Source of the DNA: an uncultured Candidatus Rokubacteria bacterium
GTDB taxonomy: Bacteria > Methylomirabilota > Methylomirabilia > Rokubacteriales > CSP1-6
DNA length: 64,000 nt
Assembly: GCA_963762145.1 (NCBI GenBank)
Contig: CAVXJS010000014.1
Span: forward strand, 320,001 to 384,000
Direction of reading: 5' to 3'
Below are positions 45,775 to 55,805 of the stretch, piece after piece. Each line of letters begins with the position of its first letter. Position 1 is the first letter of the stretch. The notes beneath the pieces are model-generated. The model did no database searches, was not told the origin of the DNA, and saw only the letters and a program-made list of their open reading frames with translations. A program made the position numbers and the translations under genes.

Positions 45775-46733
45775 TGAATTAGCTCATCCGCCCGTCGCAG
45801 CAGCGACGGCGCGATCGTCAGGCCGAGCCCCTTCGCGGTCTTGAGGTTGATGACGAGCTCGAACCGGCTCGGTTGCTCGATGGGCAGGTCGCCGGGCCTG
45901 GCGCCCTTGAGAATTCGATCGACGTAGCTCCCGACGCGCCGGTAGAGATCCTCCTGATGAGCCCAGTAGGACATGAGACCCCCGGCGTCCACGTATCCCC
46001 TCACGCCGTGCATGGTGGGCAGACGGCCCTTGGCCGCGAGATCGGCCAGACGGGCTCGTTGAAAAAACGTCACCGGGTCGGACAGGACCAGGACGGCCCC
46101 GGCCCGTTCCTTGGCTATCGTCGCGAACGCGTTCTCCAGGTCCTCGGGACGTCGCAGCGCCACGGATTGAAGGCCTCCTACCGCTAACGATCGGGCGGCC
46201 GTCTCGGCGCCCTTCATGGCGAGCGGGTGCCACGGATTATCGGGATTCCACAAGACCGCGATTCGCAGCGCCCGAGGGACCGCCTCCTTGAGGAGCTCGA
46301 TCTGTTTGACGCTCAGGTCTGCGCTCAGGGTGGTGGTCCCGGTGATGTTTCCGCCCGGTCGTCCGAGGCTGGCGACAAGGCCCAGCTGAACCGGATCAGG
46401 CGTGTTCACCATGACGATCGGGATCGACGCGGTCGCCCTCTTGGCGGCAAAGGTGCCCGCCGGGTTGGACGCGACGATCACGTCGACCTTGAGGCGCGCG
46501 AGCCCGGCCGCGAGCTCATCGTACCGCTCCGGCTTCCCCTCCGGATCGCGCCACTCGATAGCGAGGTTCTGCCCTTCGACGTACCCCGCTTCGCGCAGGC
46601 CCTGCGTCAAGAGCTCGGACACCCCGACTCCCAGCGCGCCGATCCGGAACACCTTCCCCGCCGGCTGCGCCTCCGCGGCGCCCGGCGCGGCGAGGATGGC
46701 AGCGGCAGTCGCGATGAAGGTGCGCCGGTTCAT
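45771..46733 (-). CDS. Orphan ABC substrate-binding protein (same family as 25584-26585)
   Basis: MNRRTFI leader, GYVEGQNL, SLGRPGGNITG, DLPIEQPSRFELVINLKTA. Confidence 0.92.
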   Translation of the reverse strand: MNRRTFIATAAAILAAPGAAEAQPAGKVFRIGALGVGVSELLTQGLREAGYVEGQNLAIEWRDPEGKPERYDELAAGLARLKVDVIVASNPAGTFAAKRATASIPIVMVNTPDPVQLGLVASLGRPGGNITGTTTLSADLSVKQIELLKEAVPRALRIAVLWNPDNPWHPLAMKGAETAARSLAVGGLQSVALRRPEDLENAFATIAKERAGAVLVLSDPVTFFQRARLADLAAKGRLPTMHGVRGYVDAGGLMSYWAHQEDLYRRVGSYVDRILKGARPGDLPIEQPSRFELVINLKTAKGLGLTIAPSLLRRADELIQ

Positions 46734-46788
46734 TCAATCTCGGGCGATGCGCGGAACGAGAGCGCGGCGGCCCGAGCGGGCTGCCGGC

Positions 46789-47526
46789 TCACGGGTCCTG
46801 CAGGATCATGCGGCGGTAGGATTCCGCTGCCTTCAGCTTCCGGCGTCGGCCCTGCTCGGCGGCCCACTGGGTGATCATCTCGGAGGGATCCCACTCGCCC
46901 ATCTGGCTCTTGTGGGCGCGCAGCGCGGCCACCTTCACGTCGAGCGTCTCCGCGATGTCCACGTAGGTATCCGCGCGCTCCGCGCCGTGGATGTAGACCT
47001 GGCGCACCTCGTGGGGCTCGAGGCCTTCCGCGAGCAGCTCGGGGAAGATCAGGCGCGTGCCCGCGGAGGGGAACACCGCGTCGAGCGCCACGTCCGCGGC
47101 GGCGCGATGGTCCGGGTGGTTCATGTACGTGGTGCCGTAGTAGCGCACGGTGGGATCGCCGGTCAGCACCGCCTCGGGCCGGTGGCGGCGGATCAGGCGC
47201 GTCAGCTCCCGGCGCAGGGGGATCGACGGCTCGAGCATGCCGTCCTCGTAGTCGAGGAAGATCGTCTCCTTCACGCCCAGGATCCGGCACGCCTCGCGCT
47301 GCTCGTCTTCCCGGATCGCGACGAGCGCCTCCCGCGTCATGTCGAGCGGCGTGTACTTGTTGGAGCCGGCGCCCCCCCGGGTGATGCAGACCGTGACGAT
47401 CTCGCAGCCGGCGCGCGCCCACTTGGCCAGCGTGCCGCCGACCGTGAACTCCTGGTCGTCCGGGTGCGCGTGGATGCTCATCGCCCGCTTGGGCGCGGGC
47501 GGCTCGCTCGGCTTCTTGACCGGCAC
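46789..47526 (-). CDS. PIG-L/LmbE family deacetylase
   Basis: HAHPDDQE, HPDH, AHKSQ. Confidence 0.92.
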   Translation of the reverse strand: MPVKKPSEPPAPKRAMSIHAHPDDQEFTVGGTLAKWARAGCEIVTVCITRGGAGSNKYTPLDMTREALVAIREDEQREACRILGVKETIFLDYEDGMLEPSIPLRRELTRLIRRHRPEAVLTGDPTVRYYGTTYMNHPDHRAAADVALDAVFPSAGTRLIFPELLAEGLEPHEVRQVYIHGAERADTYVDIAETLDVKVAALRAHKSQMGEWDPSEMITQWAAEQGRRRKLKAAESYRRMILQDP

Positions 47527-47538
47527 GCGTGAGCCCGG

Positions 47539-48378
47539 CTAGCGGGCGAGCGCGTCCCAGCAGACGCGCGCCATGCGGCCGATTACGGTGTTGGCCGCGG
47601 TGAACCCGGGGGTGCCGTCGGGCAGCGCGGCGGGCACGCGATCGGTGTACGCGGTGAGGATGAAGAGCGGCCGGTCGCCCTGGTAGACGATGCCCGCGTC
47701 CATGAAGCCGCGCGATCCGGTCCCGGTCTTGTGCGCGATCTTGGTGCCGAGCGGCAGCTGCGAGGGCAGGCGCGCCTTGAGCTTCTGCCACGACAGGATG
47801 TCGAGCGCGAGCCGGCAGAGCGCCGGGGTCACGCCCAGGCGCGCCGCCGCGGCCGGATCCTCCGCGCCCTTCAGGATCGCCTCCAGCAGCAGTCCCTGGT
47901 CGTTCGGCGTGGTGCTGGTGACCTGATCGAGCGCGTGGTCGGGGCCCAGGCGCGGGGGAATGCCGAAGCGGTGAATGGTGCGCGTCATCCCGACCGCCTC
48001 GCAGAGGCGCTGGATCTCGCCGAGGCCGACCAGGTCCACCACGAGCCCGGTGCAGGCGTTGTCGCTGACGATGATCATCATCACCAGCGCGTCGCGGAAG
48101 GTGATCGAGAAGCCGGGCGTCAGGTGCTGGAAGGTGCCCGAGTCGTTGTCCTGGTACTTGGCCTCGATGGTCACCTTCTGGTCGAGCGCGAGCTTGCCGT
48201 CGTGGACCGCCTTGAGCGCGGCCATGAGGATCGAGATCTTGCGCGTGCTCGCCGAGGGCACCGGCACGTCGCCCAGGCGATCGGCGCGCTGGCCGCTCGC
48301 GAGGTCCTTGAGGTACCAGCTCGTCTGGAACGGGAGCGCGTCGCAGAGGACATTGAGACGGCCGGCCAGCTCGTTCAT
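47539..48378 (-). CDS. Serine hydrolase, class A beta-lactamase-like
   Basis: SxxK (STRK), SDN, HKTG; no signal peptide. Confidence 0.88.
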   Translation of the reverse strand: MNELAGRLNVLCDALPFQTSWYLKDLASGQRADRLGDVPVPSASTRKISILMAALKAVHDGKLALDQKVTIEAKYQDNDSGTFQHLTPGFSITFRDALVMMIIVSDNACTGLVVDLVGLGEIQRLCEAVGMTRTIHRFGIPPRLGPDHALDQVTSTTPNDQGLLLEAILKGAEDPAAAARLGVTPALCRLALDILSWQKLKARLPSQLPLGTKIAHKTGTGSRGFMDAGIVYQGDRPLFILTAYTDRVPAALPDGTPGFTAANTVIGRMARVCWDALAR

Positions 48379-48382
48379 CGCG

Positions 48383-49315
48383 TCACTCCCCCAGGCCCGG
48401 CATGGTGAAGGCGGCGCGGCCGAGCTCGGCCGCGAGGGCCGCGCGCTGCTCGGGCGTGAGCGCCACCAGGGGCGGGCGCACCGTGACCCAGGCCCCGTCG
48501 CCGCCGTAGCGGGCGATGACCGCCTTGAGCGCGGGGATCATCGGGTAGCGCTGCATGATGCCGCGGATCTCGTCGAGGCGCGCCTGCTGCGCGTCCGCGT
48601 CCGGGTTCTGCCACTCGCGCTGGAGCTTCGCGATCGGGCCAGGGTTCACGTTGGCGGTGGCGCTGATGCAGCCGGCGCCGCCGTGGCGCATGTTGGCGAG
48701 CAGGAAGGTCTCGCTGCCCGCGAAGACGTCGAAGCCGCCGGCCGCGAAGGCGTCGAGCATCGCCTTGGTGTTGTTCCAGTCGCCCGAGCTGTCCTTCACG
48801 CCCGCCACGATGCCCGGGTAGGTCTTGATCAGCCGCTCGATGAGGCCGAGCGTGATCGGCACCTGCGACACCGGGGGGATGTGGTAGACGTACAGGCGCA
48901 GCCGCCGGTCGCCCACCCGCTCGATCACCTCCGCGAAGCTCCGGAAGAGGCCGTCGTCGGAGACGCCCTTGTAGTAGAAGGGCGGCAGCATCAGGACGCC
49001 GCCCGCGCCCAGCTTCATGGCGTGAGCGGTGAGCCGCACCGAGTCGGTGAGCGCGCAGCAGCCGGTGCCCGGCATGAGCCGCGCCGGATCGATGCCGCCC
49101 GCGACCAGCCGGTCCAGCAGCTCGACCTTCTCCTCGGTGGAGAGCGAGTTGGCCTCCGAGTTCGTCCCGAACACCGCGAGGCCCACGTCCTGCGACAGGA
49201 GCCAGCGGCACTGCCGCACGAAGCGCTCCGGGTCGGGGGAGAGGTCGGCCTTGAACGGGGTGACGACGGGGGAGAGGACGCCCCTGATGCGATCGGTGCG
49301 GTCTGGTGTGCTCAC
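48383..49315 (-). CDS. Dihydrodipicolinate synthase family aldolase
   Basis: VTPF, FGTNSE, PPFYYK, YHIP, GVKDSSG. Confidence 0.92.
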   Translation of the reverse strand: MSTPDRTDRIRGVLSPVVTPFKADLSPDPERFVRQCRWLLSQDVGLAVFGTNSEANSLSTEEKVELLDRLVAGGIDPARLMPGTGCCALTDSVRLTAHAMKLGAGGVLMLPPFYYKGVSDDGLFRSFAEVIERVGDRRLRLYVYHIPPVSQVPITLGLIERLIKTYPGIVAGVKDSSGDWNNTKAMLDAFAAGGFDVFAGSETFLLANMRHGGAGCISATANVNPGPIAKLQREWQNPDADAQQARLDEIRGIMQRYPMIPALKAVIARYGGDGAWVTVRPPLVALTPEQRAALAAELGRAAFTMPGLGE

Positions 49316-49339
49316 GATCTGGGCTCCTTGGCCTCTTAG

Positions 49340-50023
49340 TTAGCCTACGGGCACCCATCGGTAGCACCGAGTCCTTGCCGGTGGGCCCGGGGCCGAACCC
49401 CCGATCTGAGGGCCGGCGAGCGCGGCCGCCCGCGCGGCCGACTCCACATGGAGCCGCATGGACCCGGTCGGGGCGAGGTTCCACTTTCCCGGGCCATAGA
49501 GCTGCCCGTAGCGAGGACGAGCCTGTCGAGCCGGGGGACGGACGTCGCGAGCCGCTCGAGCGCGCCCATGCCGCGGACGATCACGAGCCGGTTGCCTTCC
49601 GCGCGCGTGTCGAGCGGATCCTCTTCCGGATGCGGCTCCGGGCCGGCGGCATACGCCCAGGCGATCGACTGGGCGACGAGGCGCGCGGGCGCCCGCGCGC
49701 ACCGCGGCGGCGACGAGGGTGCGGGTGCCCTCCACGCGGATCCGGGCGTTCCGATTCGTCATCTCGGTCAGGCCGGCGGGACCGACCTGATCCGGGAGGC
49801 TGGTGATCAGCTGGACGAGACCCCGGCCGCGCGGCCCGTCCCAGTCGCCGAAGCCGAGCCTCATCGACAAACGACGGCCACGAGGCTGCGCGCCGGCGGC
49901 TCGGATGGTCTCGGTCCGCCCGGGCGACCGCGTCCTGCCGGACACGCGGCAGCCGAGGGCCACCAGCTGTCTCACCAGCCGTTGTCCGATGACCCCGCTC
50001 GCTCCGGCCACCAGAACCTGCAT
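49340..50023 (-). pseudogene. Degenerate NAD-dependent epimerase/dehydratase
   Basis: VAGASGVIG, NARIRVEGTRTL, RYGQLYGPG; intervening homology is spread over other frames. Confidence 0.65.
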
Positions 50024-50049
50024 GTTCTCCGGCGCGGCCGCGCCGCCGG

Positions 50050-51150
50050 CTAGCGCGAGATCAGCGCGGCGACCGACTTCAGCGGGGTGCCGTCTTTTCT
50101 CGTGATCGCCCGCCGCGCGGGCCAGGTCTGGTCCCCGAAGGTGGGCTGCCAGCAGGAGTGCTTGCCCGCGCCGCCGGTCACGATCACGGTGACGTCGTCG
50201 ACGGAGCGCACGGCCGGGACCATGGTGTCGGGCGCGTCCTTGGCCCCGCGCTCGATCAGGTGCGCGCCGGTACTCGTCGCCCAGGCGGGCGAGCGGGAAG
50301 CGGGCGTGCTCGAAGAGGAACTCCTTCACCTGGCGCTTGCTGAAGCCGTCGCGCGCGATGGTGGCGGCGTGCTCGGGGCCGAGGCAGAGCAGAGGATGGC
50401 CGCCGGCCAGGATGTTGTTGCTGCCCGCCTGGCCCATGGCGCCCGCGACGACCTTCAGGATGCCGAGGCCGGTGTAGCTGAAGTGGTCCTGGATGTTGTG
50501 CGGGCCCTCGCACGCGATCGCGGTGACCACGCTCGTGTCGGCGGGGAAGCCGTGCTCGACGTGCAGCGGCTCCCACGGATTCGCCGCCTCGTTCTCGGCC
50601 ACGCAGTAGGCGATCTTGGCCGGGCTGCCCTGGGTGGCGCGGTCGCCGGTGCCGGGCAGGCCGCCGCCGACGTTCATCAGCAGGAGCCGGATCGCGCGGC
50701 CGATCGTGACGTTGGCGCGGAAGCCCTGGCCGAAGGCGTTGTAGCCCGCGTTGATCCCGACCTCCTTCGCGATCGGCCCGTTGACGATGATCAGCGGGGC
50801 CACCGGATGCGTGGTGGCCTGGATCGGAGTCGAGGTTGAAGAGCGGGATCGGCCAGCGCCTCGACCGCGGTGATGATGACCGGCAGGTACTCCGGCCGGC
50901 AGCCCGCCATCACCGCGTTGATCGCGATGCGCTCCACCGTGGCCTCGCCCTGCCGCGGCGGCAGCACCGCCGACCAACTCGCGCGGGGCGCGGTCGGTGA
51001 AGCGCAGGAACTCGCGCACGTCGCGTCGGTCGGGCGGGACGATCGGCAGCCCGTCCGTCCAGCCGCGGTCCTGGTAGTGGCGGTTGATCGTCCGCGTAGC
51101 CGCCCTCGAAGCCGGAAGTCTTCGCCGCCGGGCCCGAGCGACGCGCTCAT
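50050..51150 (-). CDS. Conserved UGSC-associated protein, about 360 aa (several apparent frameshifts)
   Basis: GWTDGLPIVPP, ATVERIAINAVMAGCRPEYLPV, QATTHP, RANVTIGRA, AENE..PWEPLHV, GGAGKHS spread over frames. Confidence 0.8.
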
Positions 51151-51677
51151 GCGTCGGGTGACGCGCCTTCCGGACGACCTCGACCGCCAGGTCCGCCTTC
51201 TTCATGACCTCGTCCTCGCGGATGCCGCCCAGCGGATGGGGGATCAGGGCCAGGGGCAGCTCGGCGAGCCCGCGGTTCTTGGCCTCGAGCCTGGCGAGCT
51301 GCTCGAACTCATACGTCCCCATGACCACCGTCGGGATCCCCCGCTGCTCCAGCACGATTGCGCCGTGGATACTCCACGACGTGCACGACCCTCAGTCGGC
51401 GCTGCCGACCAGGACGAAGTCGCACGTCGTGAGCGCGGCGAGGATATCCGGGTTGGGCGCGCCCGCGATGCCCTTCTCGCGCTTGACGACGTCGCGGACG
51501 CCGTAGCTCTCCTTGAGGCGCTGCGACCACCGCCAGCATCAAGGTGCCCGCGTTGGCCTTGCTGTTGTCGAGGATGCCCGCCCGCTTGCCCTCGAGGCTC
51601 GCCAGGCGCGGGGCCAGGCCGGAGGCCAGGATGCGCGGCTCGGCGGTGGGGTCGTAGAGAATCTGCTCGTCGCTCAT
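51147..51677 (-). CDS. UGSC-family selenoprotein (UxxC, thioredoxin-like); extra bases near 51523 and 51160
   Basis: LASLEGKRAGILDNSKANA..CDFVLVGSAD-[TGA 51392-51394]-GSCTSWSIHGAIVLEQRGIPTV..IPHPLGG. Confidence 0.85.
51361..51381 (-). promoter_or_regulatory. Putative bacterial SECIS hairpin
   Basis: CGUCGUGGA-GUA-UCCACGGCG starting 10 nt after the UGA. Confidence 0.7.
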
Positions 51678-52175
51678 CGGTTGATCTCCTTCCGCTCGCG
51701 TAGCAGCGTCAGCATCCGGTCCACGCCCAGCTCGAGGCACCGCTTGATCTCGTCCTTCGTGGCGCGGTAGCGGTCCTCGCCCTGGCCGAACGGGTCGTCC
51801 ACGTCGCCGCCCTCGCCGGCCAGTTCGTGGAGCGTGAGGATCGGGCGGCCCTGCGCCTCCTCGTAGGCGCCGATCATGGCCTTCTGCTGCGCGGTCATGG
51901 TCACGATCAGGTCGGCCGCGGCCACGATCGTCGCGGTGGCGGCGCAGGTCGGTCGAGGCGAAGGCGTTCTCGGCGAGGTGGATGTCGTCCTCGCGCAGCA
52001 CGATGCGCGCGTCGAGCGAGGGGATCATGCCGTCGCGCGCATGGTTGGCGACACCGCCCGAGCTCACGCGGACGTTCCCATTCACCCCGCGCGCATCGAG
52101 CATCTTCTCCAGGAGGACGTGGGCCATGACGCTTCGGCAGGTGTTGGCGTGACAGACGAGCAGGACGTTGGTCAA
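51674..52175 (-). CDS. Low-molecular-weight phosphatase/ArsC superfamily protein (frameshift near 51930)
   Basis: P-loop VCHANTCRS, ADLIVTMT, DVDDPFG; TTG start after SD AGGAG. Confidence 0.85.
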
Positions 52176-52418
52176 CGCGACTCCTATGGAGGCTGTTGTA
52201 AGGTGATGCGGCGGTGCCAGTCTAGCAACAAGGCGGGCCGACAGGAAGATGTGGCGGATGGCCCGAGGGCGGGTGTAAGGTCACCCCGCCTGGCCGTCCT
52301 TTCGCTCGATCCCCCTAGACGCGCGGTCAGACGGGAGTGTCTTGGTGGAGCGGTCGATCGACCTCAGTACCGCGGTGCGCGCCACCGAGATCTTGCGCGT
52401 TGCGGGAGTCCTTCGGCC

Positions 52419-52592
52419 ATGCTGAGCGGACTCATCCTGGTCGGGGCCCTCCAGGGCTGCTCGGTGTCGCCGGCCCAGCAGGAGGCCATCCGCCAGGCGT
52501 GGCAGGAGAAGGACGCGGAGCGGGCCGCGGAGTGCCGCCGGGCGGCCCGTGGGTTCGTGGCCGGAGGCTGCACCGGTGGCGGCGGGCCGTGA
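52419..52592 (+). CDS. Small putative lipoprotein
   Basis: MLSGLILVGALQG/C..; stop overlaps the next GTG; start uncertain. Confidence 0.55.
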   Translation: MLSGLILVGALQGCSVSPAQQEAIRQAWQEKDAERAAECRRAARGFVAGGCTGGGGP

Positions 52593-52957
52593 AGACCCTC
52601 ATCGTGGCTGACGATGACCGGGACTACTGTTATTTCGTTGGCGTCCTGCTCGTGCCGTTGGCCGATACCGTGACCATCGTGGGGGAGGCGGGGAGCGGCG
52701 AAGAGGCCCTGGCTCTCGTCTTGCGCAAGAAACCCGACATCGTCGTGGCCGACTTGCTCATGCCTCGCGTCAACGGGATCGAGCTGACGAGGCGCATCAA
52801 GCGAGAGCTGCCGGACACGAAGATCATCCTGATGAGCGCCTACCCCACCGAAGCCAACAAGCGCCTGGCTCTCGTTGGCGGCGCGGACGGCTTCCTGGAC
52901 AAGACGGCACTCGCCAGCGAACTACTCCCGGCGATCCGGGATATCGCGACCGGCTAA
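52589..52957 (+). CDS. Stand-alone response regulator receiver protein
   Basis: VADDD, DLLMPRVNGIE, MSA, GFLDK. Confidence 0.88.
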   Translation: MKTLIVADDDRDYCYFVGVLLVPLADTVTIVGEAGSGEEALALVLRKKPDIVVADLLMPRVNGIELTRRIKRELPDTKIILMSAYPTEANKRLALVGGADGFLDKTALASELLPAIRDIATG

Positions 52958-53949
52958 CGCGCCTCCCAGGGCGACTGCCAGTACCGCACGCCCTTGCCGA
53001 GATCCTTCCACTCCTGCTTCGGCCGCTCGGCGAGGCTCTTGCCGAAGTTGGTGCCCGGCGGCTCGTGGAGGCCCTTGCCGAGCGTGTCCGGGAAGAGCTT
53101 GGCCAGCTCCTCGGGCTCGAGCTTCCGGTCCGCCTCGATGCGGCGGATTGGCTCGGGCAGCGCCATCAGGGTGTAGCCGTAGCCGAACGAGTGGAAGACT
53201 TGCCCGTTGACGTGGCCGGCGCCCTCGCTGGCCAGGTAGACCACGAGCGGCGCCACGTTGTCGGGATCGCGCTCGGTGCCGATGGCCTGCTCGCTCGGCC
53301 ACTTGCCGGTCTGCTCGAAGACCTGCCGGCCGCGAGGGGTGGAATCGATCATCCGGGTCGCCCCGCTTGGCATGATCGCGTTCGAGGTCACGTTGTACTT
53401 GGCCATGCCGTTGGCGGTGGACCAGGAGAGTCCGATGATGCCGGCCTTGGCCGCCCCGTAGTTGGGCTGGCCCGGCGAGCCGAGCGCGGAGACCGACGAC
53501 ATCGAGATGATGCGCCCGTACTTCTGCTCGCGCATGTGGGGGGCGGCGGCCCGGGTGCAGAAGTAGGTGCCGTCCAGATGCACCGCGAGGACCGCGTCCC
53601 ACTCCTCCTTCGCCATGTTGAAGATCATCCGGTCGCGCAGGATGCCGGCCACGTTGACCAGGATGTCGATGCGGCCGTAGGTCTTGACCACCTGCTCGAC
53701 CATCTCGTTGGCCGCCTTGTGATCGGCCACCGAGCCGTAGTTGGCCGACGCGGCGCCGCCGTCCTTGACGATCTCGTCCACCACCTGCTGGGCCGGACCG
53801 GTGCCGACCCCCTCGCCGTCGAGCCCGGCGCCCAGGTCGTTCACCACCACCTTGGCGCCGGCCTTGGCCAGCGCGATCGCGATGCCGCGGCCGATGCCGC
53901 GCCCCGCGCCCGTCACGAGCGCGGCCCTGCCCTCGAGGAGCTTGGCCAT
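52954..53949 (-). CDS. Short-chain dehydrogenase/reductase (3-hydroxyacyl-CoA dehydrogenase-like)
   Basis: TGAGRGIG, VVNDLG, AGILRD, NYGAAK. Confidence 0.92.
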   Translation of the reverse strand: MAKLLEGRAALVTGAGRGIGRGIAIALAKAGAKVVVNDLGAGLDGEGVGTGPAQQVVDEIVKDGGAASANYGSVADHKAANEMVEQVVKTYGRIDILVNVAGILRDRMIFNMAKEEWDAVLAVHLDGTYFCTRAAAPHMREQKYGRIISMSSVSALGSPGQPNYGAAKAGIIGLSWSTANGMAKYNVTSNAIMPSGATRMIDSTPRGRQVFEQTGKWPSEQAIGTERDPDNVAPLVVYLASEGAGHVNGQVFHSFGYGYTLMALPEPIRRIEADRKLEPEELAKLFPDTLGKGLHEPPGTNFGKSLAERPKQEWKDLGKGVRYWQSPWEAR

Positions 53950-53963
53950 GTCCGGGCCTCCGG

Positions 53964-55681
53964 TTACGCGGTCGCCCGCGCGAGCGGGCCGCGCAGGAGC
54001 CGTCCGGGATGCGCGCCGGTGTGCTTGCCGTCGCGCAGCAGGATCTCGCCGTTGACCACGGTGGCCGCGATGCCGCGGGTGCGCTGGATCAGCCGCTTGG
54101 CCCCCGCGGGCAGGTCCCGCACCACCTCGGGCAGCTCGGCCGCGATGGTGTCGGGGTCGAAGACCACGAAGTCGGCGGCCATGCCCTCGCGGATCAGGCC
54201 GCGGTCGGTGAAGCCCCAGTAGCTGGCGGGCACGAACGACAGCATGCGCACCGCCTGCTCGAGGGTGAGCGCCTGCTTGGTGCGCACCCAGTGGCTCAGC
54301 AGGTAGGTCTGGAGCGAGGAGTCCATGAGCTGGGAGACGTGGGCGCCCGAGTCGGAGAAGGTCACGACCGCCTGCGGGTGCTTGATCAGCTCGATCGCGT
54401 GCTCCTGGTTCTCGTTCGCGATCGGATTGAAGAAGAAGCGGTCCATGTCCTTCTCGAGGGCGAGGTCGATCATCGCCTCGACCGGGTCCACGCCGCGCTC
54501 GCGCGCGATCTCGGCCACCGACCGGTGCGGCGGATCCACCTGATCCATCACGAAGAGCCAGTCGTAGGCGGCCTGCCGCGCCTCGGTGCCGAGCGCCTTG
54601 CGGGTGTCCGCGCTCGCGCGCGGCCTCGACCAGCTTCTTGCGCAGCTCGGGATCGCGCAGGCGCGTCTGCTGCTCGGCGAGCGGCAGCGCGCGCAGCTCC
54701 TTCCACACCGGCAGCCGGTCGAACGGGAGCTGGGTCTTGAACGAGAGGACCACGCTGAGGGCCCGGCTGTGCACCTGGGCGAACATCCGCCCGCCCGCCG
54801 CGTTGGTCTCCTCGATCAGCTTCACGTAGTGGCGCCACATGTCGGGCGCGTCCTTGCGGGTGAAGAGGCCGAAGGTGATCGGCCGGCCGGTCGCGACCGC
54901 GAGGGCCTTGAGCCGCTTGTGGTAGTCGGGCAGGTCCGGGTGATCCACCTTGCGATCCACGCCCTCGCCCGCGAGCTCGAAGATGCCCGCGTTCAGCTCG
55001 CCCATCGCGCCGACCAGCCGCTGCACCTCGCTCCAGCGCGGCCATGCGGCTCGCCACCGGCTTGGAGTCGGGCGTCTCGTGGCTGGGCGACCGCGACGTC
55101 GTGAAGCCGATGGCGCCGGCCATCAGCGCGTTGCGCAGCTCGCGCTCCATCGCGGCCAGGTCGTCCTCGCTCGCGGGCCCGTCGAACGCGCGCTCGCCCA
55201 TCACGTAGGTGCGCAGCGCGGAGTGGCCGATGTAGCCCGAGTAGTTGATGCCCTTGGGCAGCGAGTCGAGCGTGTCGAGGAACTCGGGGAAGGTCGTCCA
55301 GCGCCAGTCGATGCCGGCCTCCATGGCCTCGCCCGCGATGTCCTCCGCGCGCTCGAGGTTGCGGATGACGAGGTGCCGGTCTTTCTTGGCGCAGGGCGCG
55401 AGCGTGAAGCCGCAGTTGCCCATGACCACGCTGGTGATGCCGTGCCAGCAGGACGAGGTGCCGAGCGGGTCCCAGAAGACCTGCGCGTCCATGTGGGTGT
55501 GCCCGTCCACGAATCCCGGCGCGACGACTCTGCCCTCCGCGTCGATGACTTCCTTGGCGCTTTCGCGGAGTCGACCGATGGCGACGATCTTGCCGTCCTT
55601 CACGCCCACGTCTCCGCGGTACCGCGGCAGGCCGGATCCGTCCACCACCCATCCGTTCTTGATCAGCAGGTCGTAGGCCAT
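53964..55681 (-). CDS. N-acyl-D-amino-acid deacylase family amidohydrolase (frameshifts near 55040 and 54570-54610)
   Basis: PGFVDGHTHMDAQ, GNCGF, SDSGAH, DRGLIREGMAAD across three ORF-track segments. Confidence 0.85.
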
Positions 55682-55805
55682 CGCGCTGGCTCCTCTCACA
55701 CCCCACCCCGGGGGTCCTTCTGGAAAGCGGCCCCATGGTACCCTGACCTGCCGGTCCCGCCACCAGACGGGGGGAAGCCGGCCCCCGCGGGCCCCGGGAG
55801 GGCAC

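Noticed and set aside
49340-51355. 671-aa ORF suggesting a UGSC-partner-epimerase fusion
   Set aside because: Product of indels; separate starts and stops are visible at 51150, 50050 and 50023
52204-52220. TGGCAC on the minus strand upstream of the phosphatase-UGSC operon as a sigma-54 promoter
   Set aside because: No TTGC at the -12 position
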